Program-made: the position numbers and the translations under genes
Shown: one piece after another, positions 35,921 through 45,469 of the stretch
How the letters are laid out: each line of letters starts with the position of its first letter
How positions within the stretch are numbered: the first letter of the stretch is position 1
The notes under the pieces: generated by a model
What the model was told of the DNA's origin: nothing
The model's database searches: none
Seen by the model: only the letters and a program-made list of their open reading frames with translations
Origin: Patescibacteria group bacterium
GTDB taxonomy: Bacteria > Patescibacteriota > Minisyncoccia > Phycocordibacterales > Zambryskibacteraceae
Assembly (NCBI GenBank): GCA_004322205.1
Contig: SCSN01000016.1
Coordinates: 27,118 to 91,117 of the forward strand
Reading direction: 5' to 3'
DNA: 64,000 bases

Positions 35921-36018
35921 AAGGCACGCAAGCACTTTTCTGAAAAATTCCTTCCCGCGCCGTCCGAGCGTTCCGCCGAAGCGAAGCGGAGGCGGTCAGG
36001 AATTTTTCAGAAAAGCGG
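35921..36018. repeat. about 100-bp imperfect hairpin (31-bp arms) immediately after ruvB, with the 23-bp GC-rich motif (reverse complement, copy 3) in its loop
   Basis: Arm 35921-35952 aaggcacgcaagcacttttctgaaaaattcct pairs with arm 35988-36018 aggaatttttcagaaaagcggttcgtgcctt. The loop contains ccgccgaagcgaagcggaggcgg at 35963-35985. Confidence 0.7.
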
Positions 36019-36222
36019 TTCGTGCCTTGTTGTAAAGATGCTCCTTAGTGTCTTGCACCAACTATATTGTTTTTTAAGATCAGAATTGATCTTTATCTAC
36101 CACCCCAAGCCGTAGCCGAGAGTGCCAGGAGATAAAGTCATTATATAGAAAAAGGGCGCCTCCACGGAAGCACCCCTTGGACCCAGGTCATCCGTCCCGC
36201 CTGCGGGACGGATGACAAAGGG

Positions 36223-36924
36223 TCAGTTGCGAGAGAGTACCTGGTGGCCAGCGCGCCAGTTGCCCGGGTCCTCGACGGAGTAGGCGTCGACACCCCAGCC
36301 ACGGCCGTCGTACCAGCTCGCGTTCACCGCCCAGAGAAGGCCATGAGGGCCATTCTCGTCACGGATGTAGGCAATGATTGCATATCCGTTGGTGAGAAGT
36401 GGCCCCCTTTCACCTCTGCCCTGGGCTTGGAGAAGAGCCCAAAACTGGGAAAGAGCGACCTCCTCGTGACTGCCGCCGAGCTCGGAGCGGATCTTCCTGT
36501 CCAGAGCGTTCCTCGTGAGTCGGGAGACCGCAAGGTTGGTCTCCCCGACTGGCTCCTCAACCTTGCCGAGGAAGTGGTCCTTGAAATTGTCTCCCAAGAA
36601 CCAGGTCTTCACTCTGGCGGTGTCGCTCCCATCCTCCTTGAAGCAGTCGCGAGCGACGAAGCGGGGTTGGACCGGCAGGCGGACGGTTCTGACGAAGTCA
36701 AGGATTAACTTCGGAACCTCCGGTTTCTGCGCGGCCCCGTTTGGCGGGGCGAGCTTGGGACACCCAGCCCGCAAGTACTCTGCAAGGTTACGCCTCGCAG
36801 CCTTGTCGTTCATCGGGCGCGTGAGGTCTTCGAGTCTCACGCCTTCCTTGCCGAGAACTCTGACGAGCTTGGCTGCCGTGTCGAGCGAATCGCTCATGTT
36901 CTCGAGGGATGCGATGTTTGACAT
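36223..36924 (-). CDS. hypothetical protein (GC-rich ORF)
   Basis: It is a 233-aa ORF with no recognised domain, and its GC content is about 60%. Confidence 0.4.
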   Translation of the reverse strand: MSNIASLENMSDSLDTAAKLVRVLGKEGVRLEDLTRPMNDKAARRNLAEYLRAGCPKLAPPNGAAQKPEVPKLILDFVRTVRLPVQPRFVARDCFKEDGSDTARVKTWFLGDNFKDHFLGKVEEPVGETNLAVSRLTRNALDRKIRSELGGSHEEVALSQFWALLQAQGRGERGPLLTNGYAIIAYIRDENGPHGLLWAVNASWYDGRGWGVDAYSVEDPGNWRAGHQVLSRN

Positions 36925-36966
36925 CGTGTGCCTCTCCTATTTAGGGTTTGCTTGGCAACGGGGTGT

Positions 36967-37078
36967 CGCCATAGCCCCCCACTTTCTATGTAGACTAAAG
37001 AAAGTGGTTATTTATCACCTCTCATAATTCATCCAACTAAGAGATTGGAGGAGAGATAAAAAGTGGGGGGCTACGGCG
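36967..37078. other. nested inverted repeats able to form mutually exclusive hairpins in the divergent intergenic region
   Basis: The 20-bp arms cgccatagccccccactttc (36967-36986) and aaagtggggggctacggcg (37059-37078) pair with one mismatch. The inner 9-bp stem is ccactttct (36979-87) with agaaagtgg (36998-37006), and the shared segment can pair with either partner. Confidence 0.6.
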
Positions 37079-37184
37079 ATTCTGCAAGTAGTACCTCAAT
37101 GTTCTTTCCGCTTCCAATTATACACCCAAACCGATTTTATGTCAAGGACTTTTACATGATTATCATTAGCTATAAGCTGGTGTC

Positions 37185-37712
37185 ATGAGCGGTCATAATA
37201 AATGGTCAAAAATCAAGAGGCAGAAAGAGCAAACGGATGCAGAGAAAAGCAAGCTTTTCGGGAAGCTTTTGCGGGCAATTTCCGTAGAGGCAAAAAGGTC
37301 AGGCGGTGACGTGAGTTCATCGTCTCTACGACAAGCCATTGAAAAGGCCCGCGCCGCCAATGTGCCGAGCGATAACATCGAACGGGCAGTGAGACGCGCC
37401 CGGGAGGACGCACAGCATCTCGAGGAGATCAGCTATGAAGCTTATGGTCCGGGCGGCTGCGCTCTTATGATTAAGGCGCTCACCCAAAACAGAAACAAGG
37501 CAACGCAGGAGATTAAGCAAATTCTCTCCGCTCATGGTTCCTCACTCTCCGAGCCGGGCAGCGCCGCTTGGGCATTTGAAAAAACCGCCGAGGGATGGCG
37601 ACCGAAGAGCGTTGTACCAATCTCCCCGAAGGACGGGAAAGAACTCTCCTCCCTCACCCAGGCGCTTGAAGAAAGTGACGAGGTGCAAGAGGTATTTACA
37701 AATGCTCAATGA
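37185..37712 (+). CDS. YebC/PmpR-family transcriptional regulator (short form)
   Basis: MSGHNKWSKIKRQKEQTDAEKSKLFGKLLRAISVEAKRSGGD is the YebC N-terminus. It is 175 aa against a typical length of about 240. Confidence 0.75.
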   Translation: MSGHNKWSKIKRQKEQTDAEKSKLFGKLLRAISVEAKRSGGDVSSSSLRQAIEKARAANVPSDNIERAVRRAREDAQHLEEISYEAYGPGGCALMIKALTQNRNKATQEIKQILSAHGSSLSEPGSAAWAFEKTAEGWRPKSVVPISPKDGKELSSLTQALEESDEVQEVFTNAQ

Positions 37713-38212
37713 CGAATGCTCGGAGAGAAAAACTAAAGCGGGTGGCGGGTATCGACCCCGGCTACGGGCGAGCGGGAGTAGCGATTGTCGGGCGAGAGAG
37801 AGGCAAGGAGAAACTCGTCTTCTCCAAATGTCTTACTACCAGTCAATCTCTCTCTCATGAGAAACGGTTGGAGCGCATCGGGGACGAAGTGGGGAAACTC
37901 CTGCGGCGCTATCGTCCGGAGGCAGTGGCAGTTGAAAAGCTCTTCTTTGCCGCCAATCAAAAAACCGCCCTGCAGGTTGCCGAGGCGCGCGGGGTAATTC
38001 TGTCCGAGGCAGCGAAGCAGAACCTGCCGGTCCACGAATTTACTCCTCTCGAGATCAAACTTGCCGTCACCGGCGACGGCCGCGCCGACAAGCGGCAGGT
38101 GATCGCTATGGTAGAGCGCCTGATCGCAATCAAAAGAGAGAAACCGCAGGACGATGAGTACGACGCTATTGCCGCTGCTCTAACTCTCCTTGCCACTATC
38201 CGCTCTCACTAG
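37709..38212 (+). CDS. ruvC: crossover junction endodeoxyribonuclease RuvC
   Basis: GIDPGYGRAGVAIV...VEKLFF...EYDAIAAAL fits the RuvC catalytic residues. Confidence 0.85.
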   Translation: MTNARREKLKRVAGIDPGYGRAGVAIVGRERGKEKLVFSKCLTTSQSLSHEKRLERIGDEVGKLLRRYRPEAVAVEKLFFAANQKTALQVAEARGVILSEAAKQNLPVHEFTPLEIKLAVTGDGRADKRQVIAMVERLIAIKREKPQDDEYDAIAAALTLLATIRSH

Positions 38213-38338
38213 GAGCGTTATCCACATAGTGACCTCATTTGTATTGCAAAAAAAATTCCATCTGATACAAATAGAAAATCCTAAAAGGATCGTCCGCCTG
38301 CGCGGCGCGGTCGTTTACAAGATGTAACTCTTTTGTAT

Positions 38339-38512
38339 ATGCCAGACGACGTAAGAGACGAGTTCGGGAACACCCTGGGTGAAGACGAACTTAGTCCAGA
38401 CGAAGAAGAAGAGGGGAAGGAAGACGACGAAGGAGAAGACGGAGACGACGAAAAAGAACTAGAGGAAGAAGAGAAACCGGGCGAAGAAAGTCCCGGCGAC
38501 GAACAGCGATAG
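38339..38512 (+). CDS. small highly acidic peptide (57 aa; D/E-rich), not in the ORF track because it is under 60 aa
   Basis: The ATG at 38339 opens MPDDVRDEFGNTLGEDELSPDEEEEGKEDDEGEDGDDEKELEEEEKPGEESPGDEQR, and it is followed directly by a strong terminator. Confidence 0.3.
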   Translation: MPDDVRDEFGNTLGEDELSPDEEEEGKEDDEGEDGDDEKELEEEEKPGEESPGDEQR

Positions 38513-38545
38513 TAAAGGCCCCGCCTGCGCGGGGCCTTTACATTT
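38513..38545 (+). terminator. rho-independent terminator
   Basis: aaggccccgc-ctgc-gcggggcctt is followed by tacatttt. Confidence 0.6.
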
Positions 38546-38575
38546 TCGAGAGAAGAGCCGTGGCGTTCCGCTCCT

Positions 38576-39958
38576 TCACTTGGGGATTAATTTTACAAAG
38601 CGCTTTTTGCCAATCCGGATCGTCATAGGCTCAGAAACAACAAAGTCGGGAGAGGTGATGGTGAGTTTTTTTTCAAGCGCCTCAAGCGCCCCTCCTGCAA
38701 GCAGTCGGCGAAACTCTGAATTCGACGCCACCAATTTGTGGCGGAGGAGCGCTTCGGCCAAAGAGGTACCGGGCTCGAGAGAAAGCTCGAGGATATCCGT
38801 GGGAATCTCATGGTCCCGGAAAGTCTTCTCAAAATGTTCCTGCGCCAAGCGACCTGCCTCCTTTCCGTGATACATCTCAACAACTTCCCTAGCTAGGCGC
38901 GACTTGGCGTCGCGGGGGTGAAGTCTACCTCCCTCAAGATCCCCCGCTATTTTCTCAATATCGTCGAGGGGAGTGTAAGTACAGAGGGAAAAGTAGCGAA
39001 TCAGAAGAGTGTCGGGCAGCGACATGATTTTTCCAAACATCTCACTTGGCACATCGGCAATGCCAACATAGTTATTAAGGCTTTTGCTCATCTTCTCCTT
39101 GCCGTCAAGACCCTCGAGGAGCTCGCAGGCAAGGACAGCCTGGGGCTCTTGGTCATTGGCTTTCATAATATCGCGTCCCATGAGCATGTTGAAAATCTGA
39201 TCTGTGCCACCCATCTCAAGATCGCAGGAACCGTAAATGCGGGCGAGCACCGAAGAGTCAATGCCCTGAAGAACGGGGTAGAGCATCTCATGCATATAGA
39301 GCTCTTCGCCCTTCTTGATACGTTCTTGAAACATGTCCCGTTCGATGAGCCGAGCGTGCGTCACCCGCTGTAAGGTTGTCAAAAAGGTTCGGAGACTGAC
39401 GTTATGTATTTCGCTTAGCTTGAGATGGGTTTTCTGCATCCGGCTGCTGTCATAGACTGCCGTCTTGGCAAAAAAAGAGTTGACCGGAAAAATTACACTG
39501 GCTTTGGTGGCATTGTCAGTGTAAATCACGGGAGTGCCGACAAAAAGGTCGGTGATGTTTAGAAACCAATCAGAGTTGCGAATCCAGGAGAAAACTTCCG
39601 GCTCGGTGGAGAGAATCTTGCCCACCTGGTCGAGATAAGTTTTCATATTCGCCTCAATCTCACCTTGACTAAGCTGCGGGCGAACCTTGCTCTTGCCCGA
39701 AGGGTCTCCGATCTGAGCAGTAAAATCACCGATTAAAAAAACTACCTTGCAGCCCAGGTCCTGAAACTTCCGAAGTTTCCGCAGAATGACCGCATGGCCG
39801 AGGTGAATATCAGGGCAGCTCGGGTCTGCCCCCAACTTGATGACAATCTCCCGCGGCTTCTCCTCGAGCTTCCGACGAAAGGCGCCGTCGGGGTCGATAA
39901 GCTCGCCGACCCCGCGAGTGAGCAGGTCATCGAGAGCTTGGCGCGCGCTTTCTTTCAT
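38576..39958 (-). CDS. tyrS: tyrosyl-tRNA synthetase with C-terminal S4-like domain
   Basis: The HIGH motif (PDIHLGHAV), KMSKS (KMSKSLNNY) and the class I TyrRS pattern are present. The start is trimmed to MKESARQ. Confidence 0.85.
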   Translation of the reverse strand: MKESARQALDDLLTRGVGELIDPDGAFRRKLEEKPREIVIKLGADPSCPDIHLGHAVILRKLRKFQDLGCKVVFLIGDFTAQIGDPSGKSKVRPQLSQGEIEANMKTYLDQVGKILSTEPEVFSWIRNSDWFLNITDLFVGTPVIYTDNATKASVIFPVNSFFAKTAVYDSSRMQKTHLKLSEIHNVSLRTFLTTLQRVTHARLIERDMFQERIKKGEELYMHEMLYPVLQGIDSSVLARIYGSCDLEMGGTDQIFNMLMGRDIMKANDQEPQAVLACELLEGLDGKEKMSKSLNNYVGIADVPSEMFGKIMSLPDTLLIRYFSLCTYTPLDDIEKIAGDLEGGRLHPRDAKSRLAREVVEMYHGKEAGRLAQEHFEKTFRDHEIPTDILELSLEPGTSLAEALLRHKLVASNSEFRRLLAGGALEALEKKLTITSPDFVVSEPMTIRIGKKRFVKLIPK

Positions 39959-40025
39959 TGTCCTTAATCTACCACACTTTTTCTTGCCAGCGATAGCCCG
40001 AGCCCGTATGCTATAGAAACCTCTC

Positions 40026-42551
40026 ATGCGCAGATCACTCACCTCCGCAGTATTTTCTCAAAGGCGGAGAGACACGGTAATTCTTGCCGCTGCAATCTTG
40101 CTGCTTCTGGTCGGTCTCTCTTTCGTTTGGGTGGCCTCTCTTGAACTACCGACACTCTCGGCGGTGCGCGAGCGTAAGGTCTCCGAATCCACAAAGATTT
40201 ACGATCGGACGGGGAAGACCCTCCTCTACGACGTAAACCAAAACGTCAAGCGTACCGTTATTCCCTTTGAAGAAATCTCCCGCCACATCAAGAACGCGAC
40301 CATCGCCATCGAAGATCGGGAATTCTATGAGCATCGCGGCGTCAAACCGCGCTCAATGCTTCGGGCTCTCCTTAAAAACACCAGCACTTTGCAGTTTAGC
40401 CAGGGAGGTTCGACCATTACCCAGCAAGTGGTGAAAAATTCTCTTCTCTCCGGGGAAAAGAAAGTTACAAGAAAAATCAAAGAGATTGTGCTAGCTCTCA
40501 AGCTCGAACGTACACTTAGCAAGGACGAGATTCTTTCTCTCTATCTCAACGAAATTCCCTATGGCGGAAGCATCTACGGCGCGGAAGAGGCAAGTCAAAC
40601 ATTTTTCGGCAAGAGCGCCGCTGAAGTTGACCTGGCCGAAGCCGCATACCTGGCGGCCCTGCCAAAAGCACCGACCTTCTACTCGCCTTACGGCGTGCAT
40701 CGGGATAAACTCGAAGAGCGTAAGAATCTGGTGCTTGATTTGATGCAGCAGTACAGCTTCATAAGCGAAGAAGAATATCGCGCGGCGCGCAAGGAGCAGG
40801 TTTTCTTTCAGCCGAAAAAAAGTTCAAGCATTAAGGCGCCCCATTTTATCTTCTTTGTTCTCGACTACCTTGAGCGGCGCTACGGTGAGAATCTACTTCA
40901 GAACGGAGGGCTAAGGGTCAAAACGACGCTCGATTACAACATTCAGGAAAAAGCTGAAGATATTGCGCGGCGTAATGCTCTAGCCAACAAAGAAAAGTTC
41001 AACGCTGAGAACGCCGCCTTCGTTGTCATTGATCCAAAAACCGGAGACATTTTCTCCATGGTCGGCTCGCGAGATTACTTCGACAATGAGATTGACGGCA
41101 ACTTTAACATTGCCACTGCCTATCGTCAGCCCGGCTCGACCTTCAAGCCGTTTGTCTACAGCACTGCTTTTCTCAAGGGTTACACCCCGGAAACCGTGCT
41201 CTTCGACCTCCCGACTCAGTTTGCCGCCGAGTGCGCTCCCGACAACTTTGACAGTGAGAACAATTGCTACGCGCCAAGCAATTACGACAACCGCAACCGC
41301 GGACCAATAACGCTACGCGAATCGTTGGCTCAATCAATCAACATCACCTCAGTCAAAACTCTCTATCTTGCCGGGGTACGCGACTCAATCGCTCTGGCTA
41401 GACAGATGGGAATTAGTACTTTGGAAGACCCAAACCGTTACGGCTTGACCTTGGTGCTCGGCGGTGGTGAAGTCTCCCTGCTGGATCTGACAAGTGCCTA
41501 CAGTGTTTTCGCAAACGGAGGCGTGCGTAACCCATACCGGTCAGTTCTTGAAGTAACCGACAAGGACGGAGTAATTCTCGAGCAAAGCGAACTTCGACCC
41601 AGTGGAGTTCTGTCGCCCGAAATCGCCTCGACTATTTCTGACATTCTCTCCGACAACGTCGCCCGCGCCCCCGCTTTTGGAGAAACTTCTTATCTCTACA
41701 TTCCCAGCCGCCAAGTCGCTGTCAAAACAGGAACTACTAATGACTACCGAGACGCTTGGATTATTGGCTACACGCCAAGCATTGCCATCGGCGCTTGGGC
41801 GGGCAACAACGATAACTCACCTATGGAGAAGAAAGTGGCAGGATTCATTGTGGCACCAATGTGGCGGGAACTCATGGACCAGATTCTGCCACTTCTCCCA
41901 AACGAAGCATTCCCCACACCGAGTCGTGAGGATTCCTTTGAGTTGAAACCGGTGCTGCGCGGGCGCTGGGAGGGAGGAACTTCCCATCTCATTGACACTG
42001 TTTCAGGCAAGTTTGCCACCCGCTACACCCCAAAGGAAACCACAAAAGAACTTCTCTCCGGAGGGGTGTACAGTATTCTCTATTGGGTCGATAAAGATAA
42101 TCCTCGGGGAGTGCAGCCGGCGCGTCCAGAGAATGATTCTCAATTCCGTCTCTGGGAGTATGGGGTCCAAAAGTGGGTAGCCGATAACAACAAATTTCAG
42201 CCAGTTGAGATCACTCTTCCCCAGGGGCTTGACGACGTCCATACTCCCGAGAATGCCCCGAAGGTTTCAATCTCCATTCCTTCCGATACCTTTTCCTCAA
42301 GTGACCAGATTGTCGCACGGGTGTCAGCTGCGGGGCGGTATCCGCTCCGTAAGGCGGAGTATTTCGTCAACGGCGCTTTTGTCGGTGAATCGAGCGTTTC
42401 ACCTTTCTCATTCACCTTGAACCCCGCTGATCTCGATTTTCTCGGAGAAAACAACACCTTGCGAGTTGTGGTGACCGACTCGGTTTACAACCGCGGAGAA
42501 GCAGAGAAAACGTTTCACCTGATTCCATCGGAGACTTTACCTAATATCTAA
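40026..42551 (+). CDS. penicillin-binding protein 1A (bifunctional transglycosylase/transpeptidase) with C-terminal extension
   Basis: GT51 motifs (EDREFYEHRGV, TITQQVVKN) and a transpeptidase domain are present. Confidence 0.85.
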   Translation: MRRSLTSAVFSQRRRDTVILAAAILLLLVGLSFVWVASLELPTLSAVRERKVSESTKIYDRTGKTLLYDVNQNVKRTVIPFEEISRHIKNATIAIEDREFYEHRGVKPRSMLRALLKNTSTLQFSQGGSTITQQVVKNSLLSGEKKVTRKIKEIVLALKLERTLSKDEILSLYLNEIPYGGSIYGAEEASQTFFGKSAAEVDLAEAAYLAALPKAPTFYSPYGVHRDKLEERKNLVLDLMQQYSFISEEEYRAARKEQVFFQPKKSSSIKAPHFIFFVLDYLERRYGENLLQNGGLRVKTTLDYNIQEKAEDIARRNALANKEKFNAENAAFVVIDPKTGDIFSMVGSRDYFDNEIDGNFNIATAYRQPGSTFKPFVYSTAFLKGYTPETVLFDLPTQFAAECAPDNFDSENNCYAPSNYDNRNRGPITLRESLAQSINITSVKTLYLAGVRDSIALARQMGISTLEDPNRYGLTLVLGGGEVSLLDLTSAYSVFANGGVRNPYRSVLEVTDKDGVILEQSELRPSGVLSPEIASTISDILSDNVARAPAFGETSYLYIPSRQVAVKTGTTNDYRDAWIIGYTPSIAIGAWAGNNDNSPMEKKVAGFIVAPMWRELMDQILPLLPNEAFPTPSREDSFELKPVLRGRWEGGTSHLIDTVSGKFATRYTPKETTKELLSGGVYSILYWVDKDNPRGVQPARPENDSQFRLWEYGVQKWVADNNKFQPVEITLPQGLDDVHTPENAPKVSISIPSDTFSSSDQIVARVSAAGRYPLRKAEYFVNGAFVGESSVSPFSFTLNPADLDFLGENNTLRVVVTDSVYNRGEAEKTFHLIPSETLPNI

Positions 42552-42794
42552 CAACTTCCTTTCTCCGCAACACTCACCAACTGCCGCCAAGAGCTCTTCC
42601 TTATGAAGCATAATCTCACTGCGAAGAGTCGGCGAAACCTTGAGATAGACAACATGTTCGGCAAACGATAGAGTATTTTTTTTTAGGCTGGTATGAAATC
42701 GTTTTTCAAGCAGGGAGAGCAAAGCGTCTCTGACACATTCTTGGGGAAACAAGCGGCTTTGGATAATTTTGAAAAAGGAGGCGGCGTCTTTCAT
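42537..42794 (-). CDS. small protein downstream of dnaN (DUF721-like)
   Basis: It is called on conserved position and size only, and the family assignment is tentative. Confidence 0.35.
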   Translation of the reverse strand: MKDAASFFKIIQSRLFPQECVRDALLSLLEKRFHTSLKKNTLSFAEHVVYLKVSPTLRSEIMLHKEELLAAVGECCGERKLLDIR

Positions 42795-43891
42795 TTATTC
42801 ATTGGCATGACGAGATAAAGAAAACTCGAATCCGACACTCCGCGCACAACCATGGGTTTGCCCGCGCCGTCGAGGGAAAGCGCAACACTGTCAGAGGCAA
42901 CAGGTTGAAAGGCGTCGGAGAGATAGCGGTGGTTGAAAGAAAGCGTCACCCCGTCACCCCGCAGCGCCCCACCAACTAGAGTCGCACTCTCTCCCACTTC
43001 AGCATTGCGAGTCCGAATTTCAAAGATTTTATCTTTGGGAGCAATGCGGAAAGTTACCTGCTGAAAAGCGTCGGAGAAAATGTGGGCAAGTTTGAGAGCG
43101 TTTACGAGTTCAGCTTTGAGCGCCACCACCTCTGTCTTTCCTTCTTTGGGAAGAATTTGCTTGTAGTCAGGAAATGTTCCATCAATGGTTCGGGAGACCA
43201 GAGCGACACTATCCCAGAGAAAGGCAACCTGATTCGTCCCGATGGTCAGAGTGAAACTTCCTGGAATCGATTCGAGGAGACGAACGAGTTCCGGCACATT
43301 TTTTAGAGGGATGAGAACATTACTGATCTCCTCCTTTTTTTTGAGAGGGATTCGCTTCTCAGCCAGACGGAATGAGTCAGTGGCAACAAAGACGAGTTCC
43401 TGGTCTTCAGCGTGGAGATAGACGCTTGAGAGCTCCGGCTTGACGCTTGAGAGTGCCGCACTAAACCAAACAGACCGCAAACCCCTCAAGAGATCGTCCG
43501 AGGAAAGGCTTTTGATTTCCGCTCCCGTAACCTTCGGCAGAGTTGGAAAGTCCTCATGAGGGAAAGTTTTAATGAGAGCTGCTGTCGCCTTACTGCCGAC
43601 CCGAATCCCTCCTTCATCCTGCTCAAGGATAACGTTTTTCTCCTCCGGAATATGATTGAGAACGTGGGTAAGAACGTTACCGAGAAGCGCTGCCGAACCG
43701 GGGCGGACAACCTTGACCGGCAGAGTAAGCTCAATTCCTAAATCGAGATTCGTGGCGCGGACAGTAAGAAGGTTATTCTTCGCTTCCAGAAAGATGCATT
43801 TGAGAATGGGAAGGGAGAGATTTTTACCAGTCAGACGCTCCGCCTTTGTAATTCCGTCTGTTAATTTTTCTTTTAGACATTCGATCTTCAT
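42791..43891 (-). CDS. dnaN: DNA polymerase III beta sliding clamp
   Basis: It is a full-length DnaN with a three-domain pattern, and it sits downstream of dnaA. Confidence 0.9.
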   Translation of the reverse strand: MKIECLKEKLTDGITKAERLTGKNLSLPILKCIFLEAKNNLLTVRATNLDLGIELTLPVKVVRPGSAALLGNVLTHVLNHIPEEKNVILEQDEGGIRVGSKATAALIKTFPHEDFPTLPKVTGAEIKSLSSDDLLRGLRSVWFSAALSSVKPELSSVYLHAEDQELVFVATDSFRLAEKRIPLKKKEEISNVLIPLKNVPELVRLLESIPGSFTLTIGTNQVAFLWDSVALVSRTIDGTFPDYKQILPKEGKTEVVALKAELVNALKLAHIFSDAFQQVTFRIAPKDKIFEIRTRNAEVGESATLVGGALRGDGVTLSFNHRYLSDAFQPVASDSVALSLDGAGKPMVVRGVSDSSFLYLVMPMNK

Positions 43892-44107
43892 ATTATTTTC
43901 TCTTTTAAGATTATTAGTGTTATTAGAGGTGTGAATATGGGCAAAATTATTTTTATCAATGAGGCTCTTGGTTAAATAGGGAGATTGGTCAGGCGAGCGG
44001 TGGGAGATAATGTGGAAAAGTCAGGTTGTATGAGAAATAGAAGGAGTTTTTTCTTGATAGTAGGAATTCTTCCAGTCTGTTTCCACACCTTATTAAACTC
44101 TTCTCCC
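43892..44107. promoter_or_regulatory. candidate oriC (AT-rich dnaA-dnaN intergenic region with DnaA-box-like sites)
   Basis: It is AT-rich, with TTTTCCACA-like boxes at about 44014-44023 (as reverse complement tgtggaaaa) and 44078-44086 (tttccacac) in opposite orientations. A further tgttgataa / tgttgatga pair lies upstream of dnaA at about 45770-45790. Confidence 0.4.
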
Positions 44108-45469
44108 CTAGACAATGAGGGAGCGGAGTTGGTTAATTTCCTGAAGCAGAACAGCGTCATGCTTTAGCTCACCTTTCACTTTTTCACAAGAGTGGATGAC
44201 GGTGGTGTGGTCCCGTCCGCCAAGTTTTTGACCGATCGAAGGGTAGGAAATGCTGAAATCCTCGCGCAGGATATACATTGCTACCTGGCGCGGTTTGATG
44301 ATTTCCTTCCTTCGGGTTTTCTCGTAAATGTTTTCCTCATCAATCTGGTAGAAATCCGCCACAATTTTTACCACTTCCTTGATGGAAATTGCTTTTTTTG
44401 GTTTGGCGTTGGTTTTGATGAAGCTTTTGATTTCGTGCAGGGCGAGGTCACGGTTTTTGAGTTGGGTCTGGATGGAAACGGAGTTGAGAACTCCTTCAAG
44501 ATCGCGAACATTGCCGGTAATGGTATGGGCAAGAAATTCGACAATCTCCTCCGATAGGCTGAGACTGCTCGTCGCCGCTTTTGCTTTGAGGATGGCGACC
44601 CGGGACTCGTAGTCTGGGGCGGGGATGTCAACAATCATGCCCGCGGAGAAGCGAGACTTTAGACGGTCCTCGAGATTGGGAATGAAATTTGGATGCTTGT
44701 CCGAGGAGAAGACAATTTGTTTGTTCGTGTCATAGAGGGTATTGAAGAGATGGAAAAGCTCTTCGGCAGTCTTTTCTTTGTTGGTCAGAAACTGGACGTC
44801 ATCCATAATAAGAACATCGTAGCGGCGGTACTTCTCCTTGACTTGGTTTATTTTCCCCGTCTGAATGGCGTTGATGATATCAGAGGCGAAGCGCTCGGAG
44901 GTGACGTAGAGGACTCGCTTGTCTTTGGAGGTGTGTTTGATGAAGTTGCCGACCGCTTGAATCAGATGGGTTTTGCCGTGACCGGTGTTGCCGTAGATGA
45001 AGAGAGGGTTATAGACGATCCCCGGTTTTCTGATAACGGCCTGCGAAGCGGCGTGGGCAAGTTCGTTGAATGGTCCTACTACAAAAGTCTCGAAAGTGTA
45101 GCGGGGGTTGAGATTGTCTTCTTTGTTGATGTAATACTCCTGGAGAGGCAGTTCCCTGGTGGGAAGTGACGTAACTTGCTCGGGGCGTTCGAGAGAGCGC
45201 AGCCGGCCGTCGTCTCGCGCCACTAGGTATTCAATGGCATGAATGGCGGAGGAGAGATTGCGAAGATGTTTGAGGATAGTGGCGTGGTATTTGCTGACCA
45301 GCCATTCTTTGACGAAGGCGTTGGGAACGCAGAGGTAGACGATGCCGTCGTCGAATTTGCTGATGTGAGTGTCCTTGAACCAAGTAGTAAAACTTGCCTT
45401 TGAAACAGAGAGCTCGATTTCGACGAGGACGCTGTCCCAGAGTTGTTTTGTGTCCATGGTAAGTTCCAT
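44108..45469 (-). CDS. dnaA: chromosomal replication initiator protein DnaA
   Basis: It has AAA+ motifs GNTGHGKTHL and DDVQFL and the C-terminal DnaA-box-binding domain. The start is at MELTMDTKQLW. Confidence 0.9.
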   Translation of the reverse strand: MELTMDTKQLWDSVLVEIELSVSKASFTTWFKDTHISKFDDGIVYLCVPNAFVKEWLVSKYHATILKHLRNLSSAIHAIEYLVARDDGRLRSLERPEQVTSLPTRELPLQEYYINKEDNLNPRYTFETFVVGPFNELAHAASQAVIRKPGIVYNPLFIYGNTGHGKTHLIQAVGNFIKHTSKDKRVLYVTSERFASDIINAIQTGKINQVKEKYRRYDVLIMDDVQFLTNKEKTAEELFHLFNTLYDTNKQIVFSSDKHPNFIPNLEDRLKSRFSAGMIVDIPAPDYESRVAILKAKAATSSLSLSEEIVEFLAHTITGNVRDLEGVLNSVSIQTQLKNRDLALHEIKSFIKTNAKPKKAISIKEVVKIVADFYQIDEENIYEKTRRKEIIKPRQVAMYILREDFSISYPSIGQKLGGRDHTTVIHSCEKVKGELKHDAVLLQEINQLRSLIV

